Positions 39,622-52,100 are shown, numbered from the whole stretch's first letter. The stretch: DNA of 62,600 bases, filler included, from Diploschistes diacapsis (GCA_023645945.1; 13 parts of 13 records of this genome joined end to end with filler, not necessarily neighbours in it), one strand, 5' to 3'. Made by a program: numbers and translations. The notes: a model not told the origin generated them from the letters alone.

Positions 39622-40020
39622 TCAGATCTTTCCCCTGGTCGTCAGTGCCGCGACCGGCGTCTTCTTCGACAAAGCCTTCTCGTTGATTACTGTCTACCCT
39701 ATTAGTCTCAACCCGTTACAACCCAACGGAACAGGGGTTACAGAAATCCAGGAGGACTCACGCTTATAGGCCTCGAGCCTCTTCTGCGCACTTTGAGAGG
39801 CGCCGGAAGACGACGACCCGGAGGTGGACGTAGAAGTGGAGCGATGGGAGCTCTTCTCGTTCACGGAGGAGCCGAGGCTGGTGTAGGAGGAGTTTCTGGA
39901 GGAGAGGAGCTTTGAGAAGGGCATCTTGGCGGAAGAGGACTTTTTGGAGCGGGCGGGGTCGGCCTTGGGGTTCGACGGGGCTTGGAGGATGCTGTGGGCG
40001 GAGAAGATGGGCGCCGGCAT
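39622..40020 (-). CDS. Small Ser/Lys-rich spliced protein of unknown function; exons 40020-39762 and 39689-39622 (alternative start 39924)
   Basis: GC-rich codon bias, GTGAGT donor at 39761, CTAAT branch, CAG acceptor at 39690, CTATATAA box at 40250-40243. Confidence 0.5.
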
Positions 40021-42388
40021 GGATTGCTCTGCTTTGCAAGCCGAGTTGGTGGGGAGAGATTTGGCGTGAAGGTGGCTAGGATGTCGTGTGGTTGAGTATT
40101 TTAGAAGGATGTCTTTCGAGGCTTTGGATGCAATTGGTTACTCTTGACGGGCGAGTATCTGCTTGATCGCTCTGACTACTTTCCGATAGTATTGCCGAAG
40201 GTATGGGATGCGATGGGATGGAAGGGCGGAAAGGAACGGAGGTTATATAGATGCCCAACTTCGCGCATGTACGTATGTGCATGACGCAGAATATCGCTGC
40301 CTCGAAGGCCTCGGGCACCCCAACGAACAAGCTGTTCGCACACAGCTTGCGGCTACGACGAAGTATGACTCCTCCCCCCTACCCTTGACCGACGGCCCGC
40401 ACCATCATCACCGCCCTTTACAAGTCACAATATTAGGCATCACTCAGAAGGGTTACCCCCCTCCCCCTTTACTATGAGATACTCCCTTTCTGACACTAAC
40501 CAACTTTGTACTTGACGAATAGTCATCGTGCACCAGCAGACCAGTAACCAGCATGAAGATTTGGAGGGACTCCAACCGTTGAACGTTGAACGTCGAACCT
40601 CGAACCTCGAATATTGGTCCATCCATCTACTTTAACAAGCTTCGCTCGCTCACGTTGTGGAGAATGATGGGTGGGTGGTTTGGTGGACGGCTGAAGGGGG
40701 TTACTCGTATCCCCAGTAGGCAGGGAGGGCAGGGCAGGGCAGGGCAGGGCAGGAGGCAAGGCAGACAGGCACAAAAGGTCTACGCAACATCTTATCTCTG
40801 CAGGATCCTCCCGCTATGTTTGGATGAGCGAGGTGCCTTGTTGTAGGAGGAGAGGGGGGGGGCTGGCATGGCGTGGCCGGTTACGCCCCAGATGGGTCAG
40901 AATGAAACGCAGCTGAATGACTCTTACTCGTGCTTCTACCACCTACTTATTTATGAGGGTTGTGTGTTTTATGGTTAATTTTATTTCGTCCCATCAGGGG
41001 GGCCTTCTGACTTCAGAAATCGGAAAGGTTCTGACCGTCAACTTGACGCTGAGTCATCATAGGAACAGGATATAATTAGAATAGAATAAACGACTCTCAA
41101 TTCGTTGGTTTTCGTCCTCGCCTTTTTTTTTTATAAAAAAAAATATGGATATTGAAAAGGCGGTATAAATAACGGTTCGAATAACCCACTGCCGCCTTCT
41201 GTTAGTGCAAAAATTCAGCATGGTGTTTGCTGAGGAATTCAACGGCGCCGGTAACGGTTTCCCGTAATGACCATGTTTTTCTTGGGCCATGTTTGTGTAC
41301 TGGAGATAGGGATAGATACGTGGCAGTTGTGTGCGTGGGCTTTTGAAAATGAACTGCTAACTTACTGGATTTGGATGAGTCAAATGCCTAACTTCATCTT
41401 TTTTGAAGAGGGCAATGCCTCTGGCCAATCAGAGCGTGTGCTTAAAAAAACTGCGCTAACAGTTGAACGTGAATATAAATGGGGCTTGTCAACAACCAAC
41501 CCTGCTTTGCTGCCAATGCGCCAAAGAGCAGAGGAAAAGAGTTCACTCACGTAACTCATAGCTGCTGAAAACCAATTCAATGGATTGTTGGATAGTATCG
41601 GCCATTGGGAAATGGTGCAAACACAACCGGCCAATTCCAATTCCAATTCCAATTCCCAATTTCACTCCCTTCGTGTTCATTCCCCGAACGAGAACGTACT
41701 TCTGAAAGTACCTTAGGTAACCCCTCCATAAGCCAGTACAGATTTTTTGTTTACGCAATAGCTTTGGTCCTCCACAAAGATCTTCAGCAGGAGTACCCTA
41801 CCAGCCGGCCTATCTTACGGACACCCACTCACAAACTCTGTTCCAATTTCCAGAAAGACGCGTCCTGGAAAAAATATCAGAGGAGAGCGACAGGGGGGCT
41901 GACGAACGAACGCGCTTGAGCGGTGAGTGAAGCGGGGAGGACGTAACGCTGAAAACGAGGTTTGAATGTTGACTCCAGACGCGCACGGGGACGCGCTAGA
42001 TGGGAAACATGCATGGAAAGTTGACTCACTGCACGGTACGTACTCGACGACATGGGGGTGGGGAAGCGTGCGTGTGTGTTCCCGAGGTAAGTTTTTTTTT
42101 GTCTATCGAGTAACAAACAGTTGTGAATGGCATGCTGTTGTACCCCTCTCGCGCGCGCGCACGTGTGTGCTGTTCGCTTTGCTCTGGGATTATCTATGCT
42201 ACCCTTATTCATTCCGTGAGTGCTGCAGTGGCTGATTTGGCATTGCCTCTTGCGATTGAGGGCCTCGCCGTGACCCGTTTTTGCTGACTCTACTTGGTCG
42301 CTAATAAGAGCCCTTGGCTATTGTAATGGGGAGCCCATACATATCTAGTTGTGCAACTGGAGTGCTCCTGAAGCTAATCTACTCTACT

Positions 42389-45300
42389 CTACCCGCTGCC
42401 AACGCCAACTCCCATCTCCCCTCCCCGTCTCACTATCCACTCCAGCATCCGCCAAAACGCCTCTTCCGACATCGCCATCTGCTCCTTGGCTCTACTCATT
42501 GTCGGGCTGAATCTCTCCGCCATCCATGTGTCGAACTGCAGCCCTCCCCCCTTTCCGCTCGCTTTTCTATCTGCCATGGACGACCTCGAGTCGGTAGCAG
42601 ATGCCTTCCACCCCTCGCGCCAGAGTCCAAGCAGGTTCTTTGCTGGGTGATCACTCTCCAGACTTTCTAGGCTGTCTAGCCACTCCTGCGCCGGGATGAT
42701 TTGGATTGGCTGCACGCGAGAACGGATTGGAGTGGAGCCCGAGTGAACGGTGCTGTTCTGTCCTTGGGTGAGCCATCGTTGCACATCCGCCCACGTGGTG
42801 CCATCGGGACCGCAGTTCAGGACGTGGTAGACCACCACAGCTGAGCCACCGCTACGGTCCATTCGAGCCTGCTCGTCTTGCAGCAGCGCAATGTCCAGTA
42901 TCGACCGTGCAGCCAGGTCTACCGGCAGCCAATCCAACCTTCCCAAACCCACGCCGTCCAGATCAGGGAGCTTGCCGCCCATGCATCGGATGCCCGCGTC
43001 GAGCATCATCGGCCACGCCTCGCGCATGTTCCAAATCCCAGTGCTGGTGGACCCGCAGAGCTGGCCGACGCGGACAATGTCTGGCTGCGGGCGGGGGTCG
43101 TCTGTTACAGCAAAACGATCAAGGAGCTTCTCGGCAACCCACTTGCTTCGGCCGTAACCCGTACCGGAAGCATCTTTGGGGTCTTTGGAGATTAGCTCAG
43201 GAACCGGCGTTTGGGGGCTGGAGGTGGCGCTCGCGGTTGAGGAGATGAAGGTGAAGGAGACGGAGACGCCTCTCCTGTCTTGGCTTAGAGCCGCAATGTT
43301 GTAGAGGTTGACGAGGCCTCGAAGCTGTGTTTCAAAGTACGCGAGCGGGATGTTGAAATTCACGGCCCATGCTCCATGGATTACGTCTGTGACGCTGCCG
43401 AGAATGTTGCGGAATTCTTGAGGACTGAGGCCCAAGGTCGGCGAGTCCAGGTCTGCTGCGAGGTATCGGACTGTGGGGCCTTGTTCGGCCGGCAAGGGTA
43501 GGTCGTACGATTCGAGAGACGACTGGACTCGCAGTCGAGCAAGTGCAGAGGGCTTGCCTCCAGTCTTGACAGACGGTAGACGAACGGGCAAGATGACAGT
43601 TGAGACTTGTTGCACCTGAAGCAGCTCGGCGAGGATATGGGCTCCCAAGAAGCCAGTGGATCCGGTAAGAAGAACGACCCTGCCTCCTGCGTCTGGAGAA
43701 GTCTCTGCCCTTGGGGGGAGCTCCATTGCCTGGCAATCATAGATATGAGGCTGCAGTCTCACGAAATCGGTAACCAGATCCATCATTCGCCCCGAGAAAT
43801 AGATATCGCTTCCGTCCATAGTTGCTGCAAAATCTACGCCAAGCTCCCCAACAATTCCAGCCAATTTCCTAACGTTTCCTGCCTCGTAAACCACATTCAG
43901 GGCTAACCGCTGCGCAACCGCAGTCGACAATCGAGCTTTAATGCGGTTGCGAATTTGCATGCAAGCCATCGAATCGACACCTTCCCCATAAAAGTTGCTG
44001 TCGAGACTAGGTAGCTCCCGTCCAATCTGGCTCTGGACGATGGAGGAGATCTCCCTCACCCGTGTTTCGTAGTCTTTCGAATCTAATGCCGCTGCTCCTT
44101 CGCTTCGCGTTGCTGGCTCTTTATACAGATCCTGAATCTCTTGAGCAAAGCTGGCAGCGAACTTTCTACGCATGATTGTTCCCTTGCTGCTCTTCTGGAT
44201 CTTTGGGGCTTCCGAGGAAGGGAGTATCCTGACCATGTCCCTCTCAATCCGCGCATGGGAAGGACAGCCCTCGTTGACCTTTCTCACAACCTCCCAAATC
44301 TCAGCTTCTTTTGCGGAGTCTCCAAGACTCTCGGCTGGACCTATGAGGAATAAAAGAGCGGCAGGACGCTGCCGATTATCTCCAACAACTACAGCATCTT
44401 GAATCAAAGAAGAGGTGCATAACGCAGATTCGATTCCTGCCGGATCGAACTTCTTCCCCGTAACCAGCGTTATCTGCACATCAGAGCGCCCGCAATATCG
44501 CCAAGCACTCGGAATAGTCGGATGAGGCTGGAAGACATCATGGGAATTGAATGGTAGGTTATCATGGATTGCAGGCGAAAGAGACGGCCAAGCTTCTGAC
44601 ACAACAAGCTCATAATCCGTATCGTTCCACTTTTGAAAGTTGAAGGAGTCCACCAACTCATGTTTCCGAAGAAACTGCCACTCTTTGTCCTTTTCAAAAT
44701 CACGATGGGAGGACAGAAGGAAGCCACACTCTCTGCTCCCAAAGCGACTGACTAGATTGACACCGTCTTTGACTAGCTTGTCTCCCAGCTCGCCAGGCAT
44801 AGCTGCTCCCCCAACGCCAACCATTTCCAGGTCGCGAAGCCATTGCATGAGCGCCTTGTTTCCTACCATCATCTGCACCACAAAAGGCACGCATGAGAAG
44901 TAGCCAATCGGCGCAGTCCGATCCTGGTTCGCCTCATCTTGCTGCCATGCGTGAGCAGCCCCCAGGAATCGTAATACGTTCTGTTCTGTAACGGGAATCT
45001 GGTCTTCGGGGAACGTCCACAGTGTTACTGCGGCGCTCCACGAGCGCCAGAGATCAGCGAGACCGCCAGTGTATATGGGTGTGGTTGTGAATGTGCTGGG
45101 CGCGTTGCTTTGGGAGTTTGACTCGTGAAATCGAGGAAGAGCTCCAATCTCGTCACAACTTCTGATTGGTATGGGCTTTGGAAGGCCTGTCGAGGTTCCA
45201 GAGGAATGGCCGTAGAGGACGATGTCCTCACCATTAGCCGCAGTGCTCGAGGTTGAAGTGGTGGCACTACATGACGGTTTCGTTTCAAGGCGGCGAATGT

Positions 45301-46263
45301 CATCCACGCCGGTCCACGCGATTCGTAGTCTTGTAGGGTGCGCTACCGACGGGACGGCATTGATCTTACCTTCGCCATTCGCCTCATCCATCGAGGACAA
45401 GGCAGCTGATACCGCAGGTTCATGCTTTTCGTCAAAGCAGATGGCAATAGCACCGCAGGCTTTCAGCAAATGTCTAATTGCATCCCTGCTGCATGCCGTT
45501 CTGTACTTCCATCGCTCTCTGAATCAGCTATCCACGCTTCATCGGCATCATATACACAGTAAGCTTGACTTACGAAATAAGAATGACTTGGTAGCCAGCT
45601 CTAATCCAGCCCAACGTGATCAGCAAGTATATAAGGGAGCTTGAAGCGTAGAGAGCTACAGCTCGAGATTGCGTCGGCGTGCTTCTCTCGCCAGCACAAT
45701 CACTGCCCAAGCTTGTTGCTGCGCTGTCTCTTTGCCGCTGCAACTCTGCATCGAGCCAGTCGCCGGCCAGTGTAGAGAGATCTTTGACATCTTGGAAAGC
45801 TTTGAGGTGGAGTAAAAAACCACGGTCAGTTTATGTGACCAAAACTTATAATGAAACACCGAGAGAAGATATTCTAATCCATAGGGACATGATCCAATCT
45901 AACAGGCTCGGTATGCTCACCCGTGTTTGATATGATAGACCATACCAAACTGGAGAGACAGCTTCAATATGATCAAGAAGGAAAACCAAAGCAGCATCAC
46001 AGAGATTAACTGAGAAACGTCGACGTACTCAGCCCCTCAACCTCCCACACCCTCTCTTCCCCATCGGCACCGCTCTCCACATCTTGCTTTCTTTTAGGGG
46101 GACCGACAGAAGCCACGGCCACATCATCACCCCTCGTATTGGCGAGATAATCTACAAAGCCGTTGATGGTAGTGTATGATCTCTTCGCTGGGAGGGTGTC
46201 ATTGAGAATTTTTCCCTCGCCCAGGGTAGCGGTGAAGTATGATGCCGGTGGTGGGGTAGTCAT
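42389..46263 (-). CDS. NRPS-like adenylation-thiolation-reductase (carboxylic acid reductase type); exons approx. 46263-46029, 45799-45574, 45500-42389
   Basis: A-domain motifs HSSGTSTGLPKPI, SRFGSRECG, GRSDVQITLVTGKKFDP, KSSKGTIMR; carrier Ser in GVDSMACMQIR; R domain LTGSTGFLG, HGAWAVNF, GYGRSKWVAE, RVGQL. Confidence 0.92.
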
Positions 46264-46656
46264 TGAAACGATGAGTGATGGGATGTAGGGACGGGAGCTT
46301 GTAAAGGTAAGATATATCCTTCTCTAGAGCTTTAAGAGTTGATACTACATGTACCGTGCCTCTTTTTAGACGCATAGGAGGATCGATGAGTGAGTGATAT
46401 CAACGTTTGGGAAAGAATGAACTATCACAGGTTGCATGTTTGTGGGAGCTTTTGTGGCCGTGAATCATGTCTGCCAGGAAGGGTGGCATGAGCCGTCCCT
46501 TTTTACCCTGGTTAGACGAAGGAAAGGAAATCTCATTACAGCGCGGGTAGCTGGTGTCTCCTTCCTGAGCTGTCTGTACTAACTTTTATTTTTCGAAATT
46601 GCTGCCATTCGCTTGACTGTCTACTCGTTGTCCGAGCACAAACTTTCCAAGATGCG

Positions 46657-48355
46657 TCAGTGAACGCGGTTGGAGTGACCGTTGACACCATTTGTCACGC
46701 TGTTAACGTAGCCATTAGCGAGGCCATTTGCAAGCTCAGACTTCAACGAGCCGCTGTTCGCTTGCTTCAAGTCCTGTTTGGCATGCTCTTTAATGTCCTG
46801 CTCGATCTCCTTCTTGTTATCTTTGGCATCTCCCGTGTCAGAAGCGTCGACGTAGGCCTCAATACCCTCACCCTTCCTGGGATAGTTTTGAGTGATGCTC
46901 TTGTGTACGCCCAGGATGCGCTTCAAGTTTTCATTGGTATAGTCGTTGACGAATGTGCATCTGCCAAGAGGTCCAGGAGTAGCCAATCGGAGCTGACCAT
47001 CACGGGTCCTCAGAATTGCGGCAGTGGCCTTTTCCAGCACATCTTCGTTAAAGTCCAGATGATCGATTGAGAGACCGGCTCTCGAGAACAGTTGAAGCAA
47101 TCTCGAGTGCTCCTCCTTTGAGATGAGGCCCATCTCCAAGCCAATAGTAGCAGTGTATGCCATATCAATGCTGATCGCGTGGCCATGCCGCAAAGGCGTT
47201 TCCGGAACAAGTTCATGGAGGGGGGACCAGCTGCGACCCTTAGTTCTATGATACGCAAATGGTATCAAGGTACGTACGTATGACCGTATGCAATTATCCT
47301 ATCGAGGCCGATCTCGTGGAGGTTCGGCGATTCTAGCTTGAGCATGACGTGGATCGCTTCTTTGCAAATCTTGTCGGAGATGCGCTTGATCTCGGCGCTG
47401 CTGCCCTCAGCACGTCCAAATCTCGTGGCGATGATTTCCTCGCAGTGGGCATCCAGGAGCTTGAAAGTCTCGAGATCGGCACAGGAAGTAATCTTGATGA
47501 TCTCTGCGAAGCCATTGCGGACCTGCGCGGTAGGTAGTGTCTTGAGGAAGTTGAAGTCTAAGAACGTGTGGATCGGGGCCTGATGGCTTGTGAGTGGCCG
47601 ATCTCAGATGGGGTCTAGCCCTATTCTACTCACGTGATATGCACCCTATAAGACTGGTTAGCATGGGGCTTGGGAACTAGTAGATTGATAACTTACTAAG
47701 CGATTTTTGTAATTTCCGTAATTCACTGCAACCTTGATGCTGACACTTGCGTCGATCAGTCCAATGACGGTTGTAGGTACTCGAATAAAGTTGGTGTTGC
47801 GGCGGTAGCACGCAGTTGCGAAGCTGCAACAACCCAAATGGTTAGCAAGGCGCCTCTGGAGAGGGGACTGCTGTCGCGACGTTCAGTCAAAATACTTTGA
47901 CTGGGTCCGAAGAACTTTTCATTACCCAGCAACATCAGTGACGAGTCCACCACCAACGACAAGGACGGGCTCCTGAACACAGATCAGTTGGCTGCTATTG
48001 TAGCATTGTAGGTTGGATATTTAACCTTCCTGATGATGCCGAAGCTGTTCATGGCATCAACAATGCCAAGCAAGCTTGTGATGTTCTTGGCCTTCTCTCC
48101 AACAGGCATTGCGTGAACAGTCAAAGGGAGTTGGTAATTGTCAAAATAAGCTCGCATTTCATCCCCGTACTGAGACTCCATGTTCTCGTCCATGACAGCG
48201 AGTACACGCCCCCATTTCTTGTAACAATCGGCAAGCTGGTGTTTTGTCGGGTGAAACACGTTGTCGAGGAATTGGAAGTCATAGTTGATCTTTTCGTACC
48301 CAGCAACGGAGAACCCTCCCTGGATCTCCGTGACGGTTGCACTCAGGTCCGACAT
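46657..48355 (-). CDS. mysA: Desmethyl-4-deoxygadusol synthase (sedoheptulose-7-phosphate cyclase, DHQS-like); exons 48355-48026, 47972-47926, 47823-47697, 47645-47634, 47579-47278, 47230-46657
   Basis: Spliced protein contains [86 protein letters not shown] and [12 protein letters not shown], the DDGS-type signatures. Confidence 0.92.
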
Positions 48356-49616
48356 CGTGGAAAGTAGTAAGCTGAGGATAGTGAAGGGGTGATAAAGAAG
48401 AGGTAAGGGAATGAGCAAGGGCAGGCAAGCGAACCCCGGAAACATGGGGTATGACTCTGCGCCTTATATGCTAGGCACATTGAAGACACGAGAATGCTGA
48501 GATTTTCTAAACTTGCATGACATCTTCGCTCACCTAGAGACGCTGAGGTCTACTCAACAGGATATGTCAATCACTGACCGGAGAGCAGGGATTCATCGCT
48601 GGAGGATAGAGTGGCCTTGGTCGAGTCCCAGGGAAGTAGACAGATTTGCTCTGCACGTGCAAGATCTAGACGTCTGCCCCTTCTTCTTTCTCAGATTAGG
48701 TTCAGATCTTGCATTTTTCCAGTCAAAGTTTCCCGCCCCAATCGTCAATCACAAAGCGTGCTGTCGTGGCGTCATTGCATGCCATTGAGCCTCAGGTCAT
48801 CATGAAGTCATACAATTGGGGTATAGTGCATGGATAACTCGGCGAATCCTAGAAGAAAACCCATGCCCAGTCCAAAGCAATTGGTCTTCCGGAGGAAGTC
48901 GGATGATCTAAAAGGCCGATCTCTGCCAACAAAAAACTGTAACGCTTCGGGCATGATCCGATGGAGCGGATTCAGGTTACCTTGTAGTTATGCACTCAAC
49001 TACCTTCAGGTTGGAAGGAACGCATTGAAATAGGTGCAAGATCGTCGCAGGCGTCGTAGGATTTCCAGGGTTAGCCCTACGGAGATAGGACGATCATGAC
49101 CTAAAAAGACTAAAAGCGCGTCCGTAAGTTCTATGACACACTTTCCGTTGGAGGGCCTAGACCGATGCATACCCCATACTGTAATAGAAGTGGGAAAGGA
49201 GAATTAACTGCCAACTGTGAAGGTTAGAAAGTTCATGCATGGATAACATCACTACTGTGACCAAAGTTGCCAGTTTGCGTCCGGTTAAAGTGCGCCAAGA
49301 GTGGGGGAGAAACAGCCAGCAAAGTTCTCTAATAGGAAACTGCGCCAGAGAGGAACGATCGTCCAATGCCGTGGGGGATGTTTCTTCAGAAACAGTTCAG
49401 TACCAATGGGTGATAATATCATCACGTCTTTTGACAGTCGCCTAGAGCATGTTGGGGTCACGGCTGGCCCCTATCGGCTTTATCCACCGGCAAGTCATAA
49501 ATTAAAAAGAACAACAAAAACGCTGTTGAGCGAAATAAGAGCAATATTCTGCAACTCATTACTATAGAGACTGTTTGGAGAGGAGGAAGCTAGTTACACA
49601 GATGGACAGCTCAGCA

Positions 49617-50537
49617 ATGACCCACTCACCAGTGAGCCCCGACACTGCGGTCTATAGGGCAAAGGAAGTGAACAGCCCATTTGTAAGACATTGCACTCCG
49701 CAAAGCTCGATGAAACAGTCGTTAACCGGGCCACGATAGTTCAATGATGGCCGCGAAGAGCAACTTCTGGATTATGTACAGAAGACCGTGGGTTCGTCAC
49801 CGTCGTCCCGCAGCCCGCGGCAAGTCCTGCGCCTCATAGACGAATATGGTGCGAAACACAAATATCTCATGAATGTGGGATCGCAAAAGGGCAACATCGT
49901 TACAAGCCTGATAGCCCAGAGAAAGCCAGGATGCATGATTGAATTGGGGTCCTACATAGGTTACTCAACCATTTTATTCGCTGATGCTGTCAAGAGCAAC
50001 GGTGGTAAGCGATACATCTCATTCGAGCGCGACCCGAAGTTCGCTGGTGTTGCTCGAGCGTTGGTTGAGCTTGCTGGCCTGAGCGACGTCGTGTCCTTCG
50101 TCGTAGGCTCCAGCTCCAAAAACATATTTAAAGAGCATGCAGCAGGTAGGCTGGGAACCATTGATATGATGTTTCTCGACCATTACAAGCCTGCGTATGT
50201 TCGGGATCTGAAAATATGCGAGTCTCTCGGTCTCATCAGCAAGGGGACAGTGTTAGCCGCGGATAACGTGATCTTCCCTGGGAACCCTTCCTATCTGGAA
50301 TACGTCAGAAGTTCTCCACAGGAAAAAGAGCGCAGACTGGCTGAAAAGGACGCCAACGGTTCAGCTGTCGACCCAAGGTTTCAGCAAAGGACTATAAACC
50401 AATATGACGACGTCGAAGAAGATGATGCCGTGGCCCCTGGAAACCCGAAGATCGTGTATGAAAGCAAGCTGGTTCACGGCAGCGAGCCTACTGGTGAACC
50501 TGATGGTATCGAGATCACCAGGTGCATAAGCGTATGA
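49617..50537 (+). CDS. mysB: SAM-dependent catechol-O-methyltransferase-like enzyme (4-deoxygadusol-forming OMT); exons 49617-49682, 49740-50537
   Basis: FNDGREEQLL, YLMNVGSQKG, ELGSYIGYS, FLDHYKPAYVRDLK, AADNVIFPGNP; divergent from DDGS. An in-frame upstream ATG at 49602 is an alternative start. Confidence 0.85.
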
Positions 50538-50576
50538 AGAGTTCTTCCCATCTAAATAGCCTTATATGTAGATACT

Positions 50577-52100
50577 CTACATGACAAACATCTTCCCTGT
50601 GCTTACGTTGATCTGACTCCAACGTGTTCCGGACCACGAGGCGCTTACCAACTGACCCGGCCAGTAGATGTGATTTAGAACAAACCAGGGCAATGGATCC
50701 CACCATTCAAACGTTGGATCTTTCCAAAGTGTAATATGCTTCCAAAATTCGAAATGCGACTGCGTTAGGTCCTTGAGAGACCCGGACCCGAAGAGAAATT
50801 GCAGCAAAGGAAGGACGCCTAGGACGATAAGATCATGCGCTATCCAGTAATATCCGGAAGATTCTTTTGTATTATTACCCACGAGCAAGTCCGGTACATA
50901 CGGATATGGACTTGATCCTTTTTCAGGGGGCAAAAGAGACAAGTAAGCTGTGGTCAAGGCCAGCTCATGTCCTCGAAAGTGCACAACCGCGGTATGACAT
51001 CTAGGGTTGCACTCAATTGGCAGTAGGGTCTTTTTCATGCCAGCCACCGTGGGCTCATTGAAGGCAAGAAAGTCGAAAGACAGGTGTCCCGAAAAATGGC
51101 CGTATTTGGCGTACATGCCAGTTGCATAAGTTTGGGTGAACCTCAGCATAGCCTGGAAGAGCGGAGATGTGGCGTCCAGAACTTCGTAATGCATCAGAAT
51201 GGAAGCACTCGGACACGCTAGGAAAGCGCGGACGTGGCCGTCGACCACAAGGGATTGCGTGCAATATTCTTCGCTTCCGGGTATGTACTGTTGCATGATC
51301 CAGCTAGCATGGTGGTAGTCGAGACTATCGAGGACATCGCCCATTTGCTTGGGTCGGTCCGCACTCAAAAGGGGTAGAGCACCACGTGTACGGTCATCCA
51401 TCGCAACATTCTTTAGTATGAACTCGTGAGGATGCGCTCCAACTGTCTGAGGAGCCGGACCGCGAACGACATTCTCGGCATCTCCTGGACAAGTTAGAGA
51501 ACCCCATTGGGGAACAGGCAAGCCAAAGCTCGCAGTAGTTCTCATGAATTCGTATTTATTGTCCAGCTTGAATGTAGCATCCTCGTTGAATTGATACGCT
51601 TTGCATGAAGTTTCACTCTCTACCCTTTGCATCAATCTGGCGTCCTCTAATGCTGTAGCTACGCCGGAACAGCTGACCCAGAGATCTATCTTCTCCTCCT
51701 TGATTATTCCTAGAACCTGGTCGATGTAGATACCAATGCCATGGTTGCCTGTTGGGATCCTCAGCGAATAGAATTTGTCTATCGTTTTAGAGAATCTGCC
51801 ACACACAGGCACACCATGTTTTTCAAAGTCCGCAGCGACTATGGAGCAACCGCCAACATGTAAGGAACGAGCCAGGAAGAGTCCTTTGGCCATACCGACG
51901 CCGGTGACGAGGACCCTAACTTGACGTTTATTGCGAGTGACTGGCGGTCCCTTTGGATCCTTGGTAACCGATAAGGTCATAGCGACCTGTGCTAGAAGCA
52001 TGATAGATAGGCTTATAGGTAAACAGGCAACGCTTAGAGCACATAAACCGAGATTTCGAGCAATCTGCATAGCCACGTAACGTCCTTTCGCCATGACCAT
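50577..52100 (-). CDS. mysC: ATP-grasp C-N ligase (mycosporine-forming)
   Basis: VLVTGVGMAKGLFLAR, GRFS, DLWVSCSGVATALED, QQYIPGSEEYCT, GHLSFDF, PIECNPRCHTA, WKDPTFEWWDPLPW, INVSTGKMF; adjacent to DDGS and OMT. Confidence 0.88.
   Translation of the reverse strand: MVMAKGRYVAMQIARNLGLCALSVACLPISLSIMLLAQVAMTLSVTKDPKGPPVTRNKRQVRVLVTGVGMAKGLFLARSLHVGGCSIVAADFEKHGVPVCGRFSKTIDKFYSLRIPTGNHGIGIYIDQVLGIIKEEKIDLWVSCSGVATALEDARLMQRVESETSCKAYQFNEDATFKLDNKYEFMRTTASFGLPVPQWGSLTCPGDAENVVRGPAPQTVGAHPHEFILKNVAMDDRTRGALPLLSADRPKQMGDVLDSLDYHHASWIMQQYIPGSEEYCTQSLVVDGHVRAFLACPSASILMHYEVLDATSPLFQAMLRFTQTYATGMYAKYGHFSGHLSFDFLAFNEPTVAGMKKTLLPIECNPRCHTAVVHFRGHELALTTAYLSLLPPEKGSSPYPYVPDLLVGNNTKESSGYYWIAHDLIVLGVLPLLQFLFGSGSLKDLTQSHFEFWKHITLWKDPTFEWWDPLPWFVLNHIYWPGQLVSASWSGTRWSQINVSTGKMFVM

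Noticed and set aside
46657..48355. Shikimate-pathway 3-dehydroquinate synthase
   Set aside because: Fungal DHQS is part of the pentafunctional AROM protein; this stand-alone gene has DDGS-type motifs and OMT/ATP-grasp neighbours.
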